Assembly (NCBI GenBank): GCA_964016885.1
Contig: OZ024741.1
Span: 25,544,001 to 25,608,000, forward strand
Source: Eledone cirrhosa
Lineage: Eukaryota
Direction: 5' to 3'
DNA length: 64,000 nucleotides
Shown: positions 52,195 to 63,873 of the stretch, piece after piece
Numbering within the stretch: the stretch's first letter is position 1
Layout: every line of letters starts with the position of its first letter
Program-made: the position numbers and the translations under genes
The notes under the pieces: generated by a model
The model's database searches: none
Told to the model about the DNA's origin: nothing
The model's input: the letters and a program-made list of their open reading frames with translations, nothing else

Positions 52195-53085
52195 AAGACT
52201 TTCTCTAGATCTACAAATGCTAGGTACAGTGGCTTACTCTTAGCTAAGTACCTCTCCTGTAGATGTCTCACCAGAAAGAGGACATTGGTAGTACCTCTAA
52301 GTCTGCCTTAAACCATTTAAGGCTCAAAAGGCCAATGCTTATCCCGGTTTCATGGCGACAGAGTACAAGACATCCCCCTGGACAGGTCGCCAGTCCATAG
52401 ATGGGTTAAACACCCAGCTATTGCTGCTACTCATTTTCAGCTGAGTATAGTGGAGCAACGTGAAATGAAGTGTTTTGCTCAAGAACACAACATGCAACCA
52501 AGTCCAGGAATCGAACCCACGACATTATGATCGTAAGTCCAGGCCACGCACCTTCACTACTTGGCATAAATTCAAACTATCTCAAACTGATTCTCTCCCT
52601 AATTAAATGTGCTATAACCCTTTCATACCTGGTCCACCAACTTGATACCTCTGTAGTTACTTCTCTCTACTGCATCCCTTTTGCCCTTGTAGCAATTGAC
52701 AATGATACTGTCGCACCAGTTGTTGAGTATAACACCATCCTATACTTCTTGATTAACTATACGTCAGACTTGCTCATATCCTACCATGCTAGATACTTTT
52801 AGCATCTCAGCGACTGTACTGGAGTGTCCAGCCGCTTTCCCTGCCTTAATTCCTTTATCTATTATACTGCTGTTAACTTTTATGGCTATTCATAAGTAGG
52901 GTCTGCATGGGGTAAGCCCTCACTGTCCCATTCATTTTCCTTGTTCAGCAGTTTCTCATAGTATGTCTTCCATGCTGCTTTCTTTTTGTTGTCAGACAGG
53001 GCAAGTGCTCTACTATCATTTCGAACACACTTTTCTCCAACTACACCACAATTTTTTCTAGCATACTGTCTCACAATCTTGAACA
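52195..53085 (-). mobile_element. Degenerate RTE fragment with a SINE inserted at about 52310-52560
   Basis: VVGEKCVRND..KKAAWKTYYEKLLNKENEWD is homologous to the 26442 ORF. The insert carries reverse B-box GGGTTCGATTCC and the tgttcttgagcaaaacact core. Confidence 0.75.
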
Positions 53086-53259
53086 CACACACATATATAT
53101 ATATAATTTGATTAAAATAATTATATATATGTATATACACACACCAATAGGCAGTGAATTGGAAGGCCCATTCATACATTGGACTAAATTTAAATGTTTT
53201 GTGTCACTTGGCTTTTCATCTTTTCAGAGTTGATAAATAAAATATCGATCCAAAATTGT

Positions 53260-53545
53260 CAGAGGATTGGACATATGCCTTATCACATAGTTATAGGATT
53301 GGACATGTCTTGTGATATATTGTTAGAGAATTGGACATATGTCTTGTGACATTGTTAGAGGATTGGACATATGTCTTATGACACAGTTATAGGATTAGTC
53401 GTGTCTTGTGACATATTGTTATAGTATTGCACATGTCTTATGACATTGTTATAGGATTGGACATATGTCTTGTGACATATTGTAAGAGGATTGGGCATAT
53501 ACCTTGTGACATTGTTAGAGGATTGGCCTTGTGACATATTTGCAG
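53260..53545. repeat. 31-33-bp minisatellite (gaggattggacatatgtcttgtgacatattgtta), about 9 units
   Basis: Read directly. Confidence 0.85.
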
Positions 53546-54485
53546 GTCCTTTCAGTTCTTTGTTCGGTTGTGACTTCACTGGTGCCAAACAATATCAATC
53601 TTACCTTTACTTTGGACAATATTGGTGGCATGGAGGAGGGAAACTTGCATGAATGGTCTTCCATGATAAACCTTGCCCAGGAGAGGATCTTTTCAGGTGC
53701 AGATCCTTGGTCTCACAAGACCTACAGAAGCCCTAAATATATACACCTGTGTCATAGGTGATAGATAAAAGATTGAATAGATTAGCAACAAGTGTACATA
53801 CATATTTATACTCATCTGTGTCACAGTAAATAAAAGGTCAAGTTGATAAGTAACAAATATTTGGTTTATTGAGTACATTATTGAATACAAGATACAAATG
53901 CAGGTTGCAAGTACTTTAAAAAATGTTTTTTTAATTTAAGTGTCTTAAATAGATTTGATTAACGTAACGCTCTTAGCATGACTAATGAATGTCTTTTGAA
54001 ATATAAACTTATTTACAATATGTATTGTTGTATGCATGCATATATATGTGTATATATGTATATATATATATATATATATACATACACACACATACACACA
54101 ATTACATCGTCTAAAAGTTATGTTAACCATTTAAGGCGATATCAAACTGCCTATGGTTCTACATCACAAACCAGCTTGTTTTAAATGTTTAAATTTATCC
54201 ACCATAATTTTATGTAAGAAACCATTAAGTTACATTCCAAACACTGTAGACAATACTATCACAAAGTAAAACAAAAAACGATTATGATGGTGTGTGTTTT
54301 TAAATGGCTACAATGACTTTTCCCTGATGTAATTGTTTTAACCTTTACATATGATCTCAGATCAAAGCATGCTTTCATCACAGGTTTTTCTTATCTAACA
54401 TGTTTTAAGCTCCTGAGAAAGCCTTAAATAGTAAAGCTGTTATATAGACAATATAAATATGGAGACTTGTAGTTTAGGAGCAGGT

Positions 54486-54712
54486 TCAACCCTTTAGCAT
54501 TTACATTACTCTATATTTATTATTGTATTTTCACAGTAAAGACTTTAACTCACACAATATCTCACATAATATCGAATCTATGAGATTTTGATGATATTAT
54601 TTATTCTGAGAACAATATCTTAACGTCGATACGAGTGGTTACTGCCAGTTTGAACAGAAAGAGGTGAAAGAACCCTGGCCAGATACAGCTGGTTTAAATG
54701 CTAAAGGGTTAA
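54486..54712. mobile_element. piggyBac-type MITE with TIR CCCTTTAGCATTTA and TCAA/TTAA flanks
   Basis: TCAA|CCCTTTAGCATTTA ... TAAATGCTAAAGGG|TTAA. A second copy in opposite orientation is at 61368-63873. Confidence 0.8.
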
Positions 54713-56443
54713 CAGAGGCGTTGCTCTATCAGCCAAAAGGTTACCAATTCATGTCCAACTAAGTGTTCAGCAATGATTTCCTGTTAAGAACAACTTACTA
54801 CTCAACAATTGGTACCATGAGAAGGAAGTACAGGAACCACTGTAAGCAGCAGAAACACTGCATATTCAATTTCTCATTATTTATTTATTGTATAGTTTAG
54901 TCAGAAGGAAAGATCTGTGTGTCCATGACTTCTGCAGGCCTTCCAAGACTATCTGATGGTGTCCTATCCAAAGTTATCTAATGCTATGACAAGTGGCATA
55001 AGCTTCAGTCCAGTGCAGCACTTTATGGTAACAATGAGAGTTAGAATATATTTTTAAAAATGAAATAAAGAATAAAAATAATAAAATTATCTCCTAAAAA
55101 TTTATACTGAAGTGTGTGCGTGATAATATTGGAAAGAAGATATTTAGCAAAAACATGCAATATTTATAGATTTTTTTATGTGAGAAATAGAGAGAGTGAA
55201 AGGGTTGAATGACAAAGTCTTATTAAAAAATAAACCGTTTGCAGGAGTAAAATATAGATTTGTATAGAAAATAGAGATATTTAAGGCATTTTGACTAACT
55301 CTAGACGTTTAATTAAAAAAGAATTTGTTTTGAAATAAAATGAAGCAGAATAAGTTGAGATCAGAGAAGAAAATATTTTGAAGTTCCTAAGTTTTTAATT
55401 GGTAAAAATGAGATTAATGTTCTTTCCCCATTAAATCAAAATCCAGTAGGAAGGTAACAAAGAGAAAAGAAAATTAATTTTTTTAAATTGAAATTCTAAC
55501 AAATTTTTATTTAGTTAATCTCAAACTCATTTGTTTTGTTTTTTCTTTGATGAATTTCAATTTCACTAAAAAACAATTACATTTAATCCCTCTTTGTAAT
55601 TTTAGTTTATGAAAATATTTCAGTTTTATGAATTTGAAATTTCAAACTAAAAAAACAAAAAACAAATCTGAGAGAGAAACAAATTTTGTATTGAAAACCC
55701 CATCTCTGTCTGAAATATTTACTAAAACAGTTTCTGAAAAATTGTTATATTTTATTTTTCTCTACTGTTACAACTAGCTGCAAACCATCCTTTCTGTTAT
55801 GGTTTGAGTTATTTCTTTCAAGGGGTTGTACTGGTCTGCAAATTGAGACATTTACATGAACTGCACAAAGAAGAAATGTTGTAATGTTTACAACATTATC
55901 CTAACTTAATCATTACAAACTGTTGTCAGCTTACAAATTCCCATGGATAAATAGAATAAATCTGTGATAGTCTATTCTCCTATGTAGGGGAACATTAGCA
56001 ATGGAGAGTTGGTTTTAAATGTTCCAATACAATGTGTAAAACTGGCAGACATGAACACCAGTACACAACAACCACATATCTCAATCAAGGTTTGAATTCA
56101 TTATATCTGGGTCAATAAGCAGTTTAATACTTTAACCATCCAACTACTGTAAGTTCCAATGACTTTGGTCTCTGTATACAATCAAGTAGTTTATCCAGTC
56201 AAGAGAAACAACAAAAATAATAAATTATTAGGATACTAAATAGCAATAGAAACATGCTCATAAATTTATGTTCAGATGTTTTGCTTTCATTGTTGGTTAA
56301 GAGGTATGTTAACAAAGTCATTACAACAGGTGGAGAGTAAGGCTATAGATTGTTTGCAGACTGTTCTAGAAAATTGATTGAAGAGAGAAAGAGAAGAAAG
56401 GCAGGCACTGAAGCAAGATTATTGGTTCCTATGGGTTGTCAGT

Positions 56444-56558
56444 CTATTTTTTGCTATGTTCATCATAACCCTTCTTCAATCGGCGTTTCATTTCACCAGG
56501 GAATTTCTCAAAACATGTCTTGCAGACTGGCTTCATGTCAAATTCAAAGAATTTGGTT
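56444..56558 (-). CDS. LIMS1: PINCH/LIMS last coding exon: [38 protein letters not shown]
   Basis: tttgacag acceptor; matches the PINCH LIM5 end and C-terminal tail ([20 protein letters not shown]). Confidence 0.93.
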
Positions 56559-56627
56559 CTGTCAAAGAGGAAGAGAGTGGAACAAGTTATTAAAGAAATT
56601 ATTATAAAGATTATTATTATTGTTAAT

Positions 56628-57195
56628 ATTATAGCCCTTCTCCTCCGCAATAAAACCCCATCTGTTGAGGAGGTATAGAGGCTTCTCCTCCGCAATAAAA
56701 CCCCATCTGTTGAGGAGGTATAGAACCCTTCACCCCCCCCCCCCCCCCCCTCATCTACTGAGGAGGTATAGAGCCCTTCTCCTCCCCAATAAAACCCCCA
56801 TTTGTTGAGGTATATCATCATCATCATCACTCGTTGACTACTGTCGAGGTGATGGATCTCACTCTCATGCCCCAGAATTCCCTGTCCCCCATCACTGCCC
56901 CCAGGTCCTGTCTACTGATTCCCGTATCCCTAGAGATAACGTCAGGGAATGACAGCTTCCTACTCCTAGTCAGGCTGGAGTCAGGGTTCCAGAGCAAGAG
57001 AGCGGATATGATTTCATATATATATGAGGTATATAGCCCTTCTCCTCCCCAATAAAACCCCATCTGTTGAGGAGGTATATAGCCCTTCTCCACAATAAAA
57101 CCCCATCTGTTGAGGAGGTATATAGCCCTTCTCCTCCACAATAAAACCCCCCATCTGTTGAGGAGGTATAGAGCCCTTCACCTCCCCAATAAAAT
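56628..57195. repeat. 45-46-bp minisatellite interrupted by a minus-strand RTE-like 3' fragment (about 56816-57024)
   Basis: Unit tatagcccttctcctccccaataaaaccccatctgttgaggagg. Insert encodes LLLWNP..RKLSFPDVISRD..MGDREFW with a (CAT)n tail and TGAGGTATAT on both sides. Confidence 0.8.
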
Positions 57196-57710
57196 GCCAT
57201 GTTACAAATGCATAAATCATAGAGAACAGAGGTTGCATTTCCCACTGACTCCAGTGCAAATAGAAAAATGCTTGGAAGAATTGTGGCCACCAATAGTTTA
57301 TGTATCCAGAGAAAAACAACAGAGGATATTGGCCAATATCTGAAGAAGCAAGTGGAAAGCTGAAACAATGGCCACAGCTACAACCACATCCTAGGGTTTC
57401 ATTATAATTTCACTATATATGGAATGTTGAGTGACCAAAGTAAGGATCACTAATATGCCATCCCACAGGAACAAGACCAGAGTGATGGCAATAGTGGAAG
57501 AATACAGAGAAATAACAGCTCTTAAGTCCATTTCTCCAGTAGAACTGAATGAAAATGTCATTGGAGTGCCACCTGTTGATTATTCTAGAAGATCTAGCAG
57601 ATGTAGGCATTCATTAATGGTAGAACTTTTATAAATTCATCTCACATACTTCACATATACACCTTTTCCAACAAAAAGCTGCTTAACACACTATGAAAAT
57701 GTTTACTTAC

Positions 57711-57786
57711 TTTTGGCTCATCTTCCTGTCACAGACAGAACAAGCAAAATGGTTGACACACCAGGCTTTGTTGAAGGCAGTAAAGG
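57711..57786 (-). CDS. LIMS1: PINCH/LIMS exon: (A)FTAFNKAWCVNHFACSVCDRKMSQ(K)
   Basis: ttacag/gtaagt boundaries, 76 nt, phases consistent; LIM5. Confidence 0.93.
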
Positions 57787-58117
57787 CTGTAATAGAAACC
57801 AAACATAAACTTGATGGCAGCTAAACACCAACACTATCAACAGCAATAGTCAATGAAGGCACTGTTTCACGATCAAATCACACTACCATTTGGACAAATC
57901 AATTCACATGAAACAATATAATTCTAGGTATGATGTATCCAGAAAAAAAAACAGTTCATACTGCATGATATAGCCCTAGCTTTGCTGTAAACATGCATGA
58001 CATGGTCCAGTAACTCCCGAGGGAGTTGTTAGGGCGCTATATTGAATACAGCAGATTTCTTCTAGAGAAGGATAGAGTGAGTGAGGGAATGGAAGTGAGA
58101 AAGAGATATAGAGGAAG

Positions 58118-58280
58118 AATTGACCCCAGTACTAGACTGGTACTTTTTTTTATCAACCTTGAATGAATAAAAGGCAAAGTTGACCATGGCGGGATTTGAA
58201 CTCAGAGAAGGTAGATAGCTGAAATGTATACCGCAAAGCATTCTATCCAACGTTCTAACGATTCTGCCAATTTGCGGCCT
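58118..58280 (-). mobile_element. tRNA-derived SINE
   Basis: aaaggcaaagttgaccatggcgggatttgaactcag (reverse B-box). Confidence 0.65.
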
Positions 58281-58748
58281 AGCTATGCTGTATACAGATA
58301 AACAAATGAGATGGTCATAAGTCTGTTGGTTCAGAGTTTACCATAGGTTAAATAACAATAACAACATGAAAGAACACATTTGAGTTGAGGAAGCCTCTAC
58401 ATGGTCGCTCAAATTGCTAGAAATAGCAGCGAGATCTTCCTCAAATCATACCATACTGCCTTCAAAAAGGACATAATGGGTAATGTTGTCTTTGATTTTC
58501 TGGAAAAAAAAAAGGATGGTCATAGTTGGGATACAATCTGCTATATCAGGACTGACCTGGGCTTAATGAACAACAGGAGCATTAAATAATGTAATCTTAG
58601 GTACACATACTACACCACACAGGTAAAGTAGTTTGTTAATACATATAAGATTATTTTCTTATCGTATCTTATAATCTGATTTCCTATGAATGTTATGTTA
58701 TAAATGAAATGAGAGTCAAGTGAAGACATTGACATCAAATCTACTTAC

Positions 58749-58797
58749 CATCTCCAGCTACAATATTGTTACAAACAAAGCAAATATTTCCAAATAG
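58749..58797 (-). CDS. LIMS1: PINCH/LIMS exon: LFGNICFVCNNIVAGD
   Basis: cttacag/gtaagt boundaries, 49 nt; matches LFGDVCFHCNRVIEGD. Confidence 0.92.
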
Positions 58798-58947
58798 CTG
58801 TAAGAAACAAATAATAATAATAATAATAATGCTTTCTTTATTAACCACAAGGGTTTACACAAAATAAGACATTAAGAACAATACAAATGGGCATTTCTGC
58901 GTGTAAAAAAAACAAAAACAGAGGATGTAACAAACAAAGAAACAATG

Positions 58948-58989
<42 letters not shown>

Positions 58990-58992
<3 letters not shown>

Positions 58993-59135
58993 GTTTCTGA
59001 TTTAGGCAAGGTCAACAGTTTGGGGGGAAGGGGAAAGTCGATTAAATCGACTCCAGCACTTTACTGGTACTTTATTTTATTGACCCCGTAAAGATGAAAG
59101 ACAAAGCTAACCTTGGTGGGATTTGAACTCAGAAC
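58990..59135 (-). mobile_element. tRNA-derived SINE fragment next to an (AAT)n tail
   Basis: ctggtactttattttattgacccc..gatgaaagacaaagctaaccttggtgggatttgaactcag. Confidence 0.65.
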
Positions 59136-59137
59136 AT

Positions 59138-60065
59138 ATGTAGGTTTAGCTGGCTTCCTACAAAGTTGTATCTCTAGAAGGATTTTTGGGTATTTTAATG
59201 ACAGGGACCCCAGTCCTATTATGTTGTTATTGCTCACACTTATGTAGGTTTAGCTGGCCTCCTACAAGGTTGTATCTCAGAGAAGGTTTTTGGAGTGTTT
59301 TAATGATAGAGACCCCAGTCCTGTCATGTTGTTACAGCTCACACTTATATAGGTTTAGCTGGCCTCATCATCATCATCATCGTTTAACGTCCATCTTCCA
59401 TGCTAGCATGGGTCTGGACGGGAATTGTCCCACTTGAGGCAAGATTGGTTGTCTTGCTCAGGACTGTCTGGAGGGTTTTCTACGGCTGGATGCCCTTCTT
59501 AACACCAACCACGTTTACAGTGTGGACTGGGAGGTTTTTACCGTGTTACCTACACGGCCACATTACAGCGTGGACTGTGTGTTTTTTTGTTGTGACACCT
59601 ACACAACCTCATTTATTTAGGACTGGATGTTGTGGTACCAACATAACTTTACAGAGAAAGGGGTGGTGTAGATGGCGGTTGGGGTAGGGGTAGTGGGACG
59701 GGGGTGTATTTTGGTTAAGAGGTGCCTACTAACTGTAGGTTTCGCTTTGTACTTAGGCAAGGCAGGTCTTCTGTATTACTGCGTAGCGCCAAAGATCTCA
59801 GTCCAGTGACATTGTCTTGGAGAGGTGTAAGTGTGTGAGGTCGGAATTTATCAAGTCGTCCCAGGTTTTTCTGGGTCTGCCTACTCCGTAGCTACCGTCT
59901 ATTTTTAATGCCCTGCACTTTTTTATACAGCTGTCGTCTTTCATGCGCATCATGTGACCATACCAACGTAGTCTTCTCTCGAGTAAACAGCATCTGATCC
60001 CTCTTATTCCTAAGAGAAGGTTTTTTGGGGTGTTTAAACACTGGGACTCCAGTCTTATCATGATA
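59138..60065. repeat. About 104-bp tandem repeat (3 units), third unit split by a minus-strand RTE 3' fragment at about 59366-60012
   Basis: atgtaggtttagctggc at 59138, 59242 and 59347; the unit resumes (agagaaggttttt..) at about 60013. Insert encodes GIRGIRCC..RRLRWYGHMMRMKDDSCIKKC. Confidence 0.8.
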
Positions 60066-60565
60066 GAAATAACTGGCATGGCTAAATTCCTAAAGTATGA
60101 ACAAAGTTAAAATATTGACTTGATAAGGTTCCTACATTGTGGACACAATCAAAAAGCTAACTTATAATTTAACAACGCCACCCAAAAGTGACAACTGAAT
60201 CTCACTCATATCATGATTGTCGTTTTAACATCTGCTTTCCCTGCTAGCAAGGGTTGGACAGGTCTACATAGACCAAGCCAGTACTGCAGCGGTGGCTGCT
60301 TGTCTCCCAGACAAGCCAATGTCCAACAATTTCAAAAAGGACACATTGGATAGCTTAGAAATTATTATGACTGGAACTCCTTTGATCTTGCTGGAAGAGG
60401 ATTGCTCCCATCAAGTATAGAGGAGAGGGTGCCATTTCCAAAACTACATGAATGTCCTTTCACAGAACCAGTCTTAAAGAGATAACAACAACAATAGCAA
60501 CAACCATAAAGAGATAACAACAATAACATCACAATAAGAGGTAACAACACTGTTATTAAACATAC

Positions 60566-60658
60566 CTGGTGATAATGTATTTCACAGTAAGCCATGTTCT
60601 TCTTCTCATAATATCTGGTGCCCAGAAATGGTTTCTCACATTTGGCACAAACAAAGTG
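60566..60658 (-). CDS. LIMS1: PINCH/LIMS exon: [31 protein letters not shown]
   Basis: tttccag/gtatgt boundaries, 93 nt; PINCH LIM4. Confidence 0.95.
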
Positions 60659-60699
60659 CTGGAAAAAGAAATAGAAATTAAGTCAGTAGGAATAGCAGT

Positions 60700-60930
60700 A
60701 GTAGTAGGTTGTTAGTACTGTACTATAGTAATAAAACTGTAGAGTGGTACTACAGTGTCAACACTACAATACTATACTATAGTACTGAAACTGTAGAAGG
60801 GTACTACAGTGTCAGTATTACAATATTGTACTATATAGTACTGAAACTGTAGAAGGGTACTACAGTGTCAGTACTAGTGTCATTACTACAATGTCAATAT
60901 TACAGTATTGAACTATAGTGGAGTACAATA
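60700..60930. repeat. Degenerate approximately 58-bp tandem repeat rich in short palindromes (ACTGTAGaagggtaCTACAGT, AGTACT, CTATAG)
   Basis: Three to four units read directly. Confidence 0.7.
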
Positions 60931-61029
60931 ATATTTGTGACATGTTGACCCATATACAGTAGTGGGTGATGGAGTGGTGGTGGTGGGGGTGGGGGTGACA
61001 AAAAACCCCAGAAAACCAACTTTACTCAC

Positions 61030-61084
61030 CTCAACGTGCCAGTATTTACCTAACGCATTTATAACTCTCTCTTCTATTGGACGT
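61030..61084 (-). CDS. LIMS1: PINCH/LIMS exon: (R)RPIEERVINALGKYWHVE
   Basis: ttttccag/gtgagt boundaries, 55 nt. Confidence 0.95.
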
Positions 61085-61094
61085 CTGGAAAACA

Positions 61095-61230
61095 GAAATG
61101 GTGATATTGACAATAATTCCAATGATGATACTGATGACAATGATGATGATGACAATAATGATGGTGATGGTGATAATGATGATGATGATGATATTGACGA
61201 TGATGATAATGACAATATTGATAATGATGA
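61095..61230. repeat. Degenerate (GAT/AAT)n microsatellite filling a 161-nt intron
   Basis: Read directly. Confidence 0.9.
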
Positions 61231-61245
61231 AAAACTGCTCCCTAC

Positions 61246-61341
61246 CTGCAAGCTCCACAGATAGGTATTCCCATCTTGTCATAGCACCGTAGACAGTAAA
61301 GCTCACCATTCTTCTCTCGAGCATCAGCAGTAAGTTCAACA
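61246..61341 (-). CDS. LIMS1: PINCH/LIMS exon: [31 protein letters not shown](R); upstream exons lie beyond the window
   Basis: cttttcag/gtaggg boundaries, 96 nt; matches [30 protein letters not shown]. Confidence 0.95.
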
Positions 61342-61367
61342 CTGAAAAGAACAGCAAAGAATTTAGT

Positions 61368-63873
61368 TTAACCCTTTAGTATTTAAACCGGCCATATCTG
61401 GCCAGAATTCTCTCACTTCTTACTGTTGAAACCTGTTGCTCATACTTATGTTAAGGTATTGTTCTAGATCGATTGGGAAACCTTTCATTGGCCACAAAGT
61501 GCAAACGATTTCCTTGAGCTAGTGCTGGACTCAAACTGGTCACAAGTAGTCACCTCTCCAACAAGAGGTGACAACACTTTGGACCTGATCTTCACCACTA
61601 CTCCTGAAGTGGTTATCAGTTGTACTACTGAGTAACCTCTAGGCGACTCTGATCATGCTATGATCATTGCCAATCTGGCTCTTGCGGGCAGCAACAAAAA
61701 CCAGAACCATCTCCAATCTGCTTGCTTTGATTCAAAGAAAGCAGATTGGAACTTGTACTGCACTGAGTTACAGCGCCCAAACTGGCATGAGATGTATAAC
61801 TCTGGAGATGTGAACACTATACTCCTGGACTCAATATGGATAGCGTGTGCAGCATCGGTGCCACATAAGCAGAAAAAAAACCACCCCTAAAGTGCAAAAT
61901 GGGAAAAATCAGATGCCAACAGAAAAAAGCGGAATAAATCTTCTAACCATCTCAAGCAAGTGACAAAGAAGGCAGTGCTTAAATTTGAACAGTGAAATAG
62001 CAACCAATCCTGACAGTAAGGTGTTCTGGAAATATGTTCATTCAAAGCAGAGACCTCACTCTCCAGTTGGTCCTCTTCGCAATCCCCACACAAGCCAGAT
62101 CACTGACGATCCCAAAGAATGCACAGAACTCATTGCTGAGTGCTATGCAAGTATTTTTACTGTTGAAAACCAGAATGTACCATCTCCACCATCTCTAACA
62201 TCAAATTCCATAACAACTATGGAATTTACACCTGCAATGTTGCGACGTCACCTTAAGAATAAGCGCAACTATGCCTCCCCTGGTCTTGATGGTGTAACAT
62301 ACCTGCTTCTCAAACGTGGCGGGTATTTCCTTTTGCGCCAGCTTTCTTTCTTCTTTCAATACTGTCTCAACAATGGTGCTACTCCGGAGCAGTGGAAAAC
62401 TGCCAGTGTCATTCCCCTGTTCAAAAAGGGCAACCGCATGTCACCTGTCAACTATCGTCCAGTCAGTCTTACTAGCTGTATGGCCAAACTGATGGAATCC
62501 TGTGTCAGAGAAACACTTTGGAACTTCTGGAGTTCTCACAGCCTCATCCGGCCCTCGCAGTTTGGATTTATCCCTAACTCCAGCTGCTGTGATCAGCTTA
62601 TCGAGTTCCTTGAAGACATCACCCGGATCACTGACAGCGGCTCATGGGTGGATGTTGTTTACCTTGACTTTGCTAAGGCCTTTAATTCTGTGCCACACAA
62701 AAGACTTATGGTAAAACTCTCTGCAATGGGTGTGAGGGATGATCTTTTCGACTGGTTGAAATCCTTCATTCTCAGCCGAAAGGAAGTAGTCACGGTTCTA
62801 GGACAGCATTCTTCACCATATGAAATGTCATCTGGTGTACCACAGGGATCTGTTCTTGGTCCCCTTTTGTTTGTGGCATATATTAATGACATAGATGCCA
62901 ACTTACAGAATGCCACGGTACTGAAATATGCAGATGACATCAAGCTGTACCTTGAAATCAAAAGGACTGATCCTGAAATCTACAACTCTTTCCTACAATC
63001 AGACCTGGACACAATGCAGCAATGGATCACAGACTGGCAACTGAAGCTGCTGTGGACAAGTGTACCACCATGCATTTTGGGAGGAAAAATCCAGCGTCCA
63101 CATACTCCCTCCACAACACTGATATCAAGAAGTCCTCTTGTGAACGTGACCTGGGCATTACTGTCAGCAGCGATTTGCGTTGGACAAAGCATGTCTCTAA
63201 GATTGTCAAGAAGGCCGAGGGTGTCTTGGCATCACTCAGAGACGTGCAACCAAGCGCATACCCTCCATCAAACACCTACCATACTCTGAACACCTTGCTT
63301 CCCTGGGCATGGATTCATTGAAGCTCCGACGTCTGGCAATGGACTTGGAAAACACCCACAAAGTTATTAACCATCTCGCCAACAACAACCCTGAGCACCT
63401 TTTTGATCTCCATGTGTCTAACACATGTGGACATGCCTACAAAATCAGAAAACAGCACAGCTGCCATGACTTTCGGAAACATTTTTTCACGCTTAGAGTT
63501 GCTGAAGCATGGAACAAACTGCCTGCGTCAATTGTTAGCTGCCGAGACACTGCATCCTTTAAAACACTCATGCTTCCCGAAATACACCAAAACTACACCT
63601 GATGTACCTCTTCCATACACATGCACACATGTGTATATCATGACTCATGCACTGTTCATTTTCCTGACATTTGTACATTACCCTATGTACTATACATACA
63701 CTTTTTGATGAGTTGTAGTGCACCTGAGCACTGTACACAATATTTCATTATTATTATTATTATCATAAAATAAATAATATCAAAATTTCGTAGATTCGAT
63801 ATTATGTGAGATAAAGCCTTTACCATGAAAATACAATAGTATATATAGAGTAATGTAAATGCTAAAGGGTTAA
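61368..63873. mobile_element. piggyBac-type MITE split by a CR1-group LINE (MITE parts 61368-61468 and about 63766-63873)
   Basis: TTAA|CCCTTTAGTATTTA ... TAAATGCTAAAGGG|TTAA. The two halves rejoin to the reverse complement of 54486-54712. Confidence 0.82.
61469..63763 (+). mobile_element. CR1/L2-group LINE, longer copy (endonuclease end plus RT), frameshifted with an internal deletion, antisense in a PINCH intron
   Basis: GDNTLDLIFTT and SDHAMI endonuclease motifs; RT nearly identical to 49341-51065; (TTA)n tail. Confidence 0.92.

Noticed and set aside
53602-53722. Exon-like segment with AG/GT boundaries on the minus strand
   Set aside because: No recognisable peptide, lies downstream of the PINCH stop, and resembles a SINE-type repeat fragment.
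56559-56830. N-terminal part of the 128-aa ORF 56444..56830
   Set aside because: Intron and minisatellite read-through; only 56444-56558 is PINCH coding.
57195-57640. Short overlapping ORFs in the last PINCH intron (possible nested gene or alternative exon)
   Set aside because: No homology or coherent splice pattern recognised; likely an old TE remnant.
60913-61292. Poly-Ser/Asp/Met/Ile ORFs
   Set aside because: Translations of the (GAT)n intronic microsatellite.
61276-61296. PINCH LIM3 CLRCYD instead of C..CHD as loss of a zinc ligand
   Set aside because: The terminal ligands are the two Cys, which are intact.
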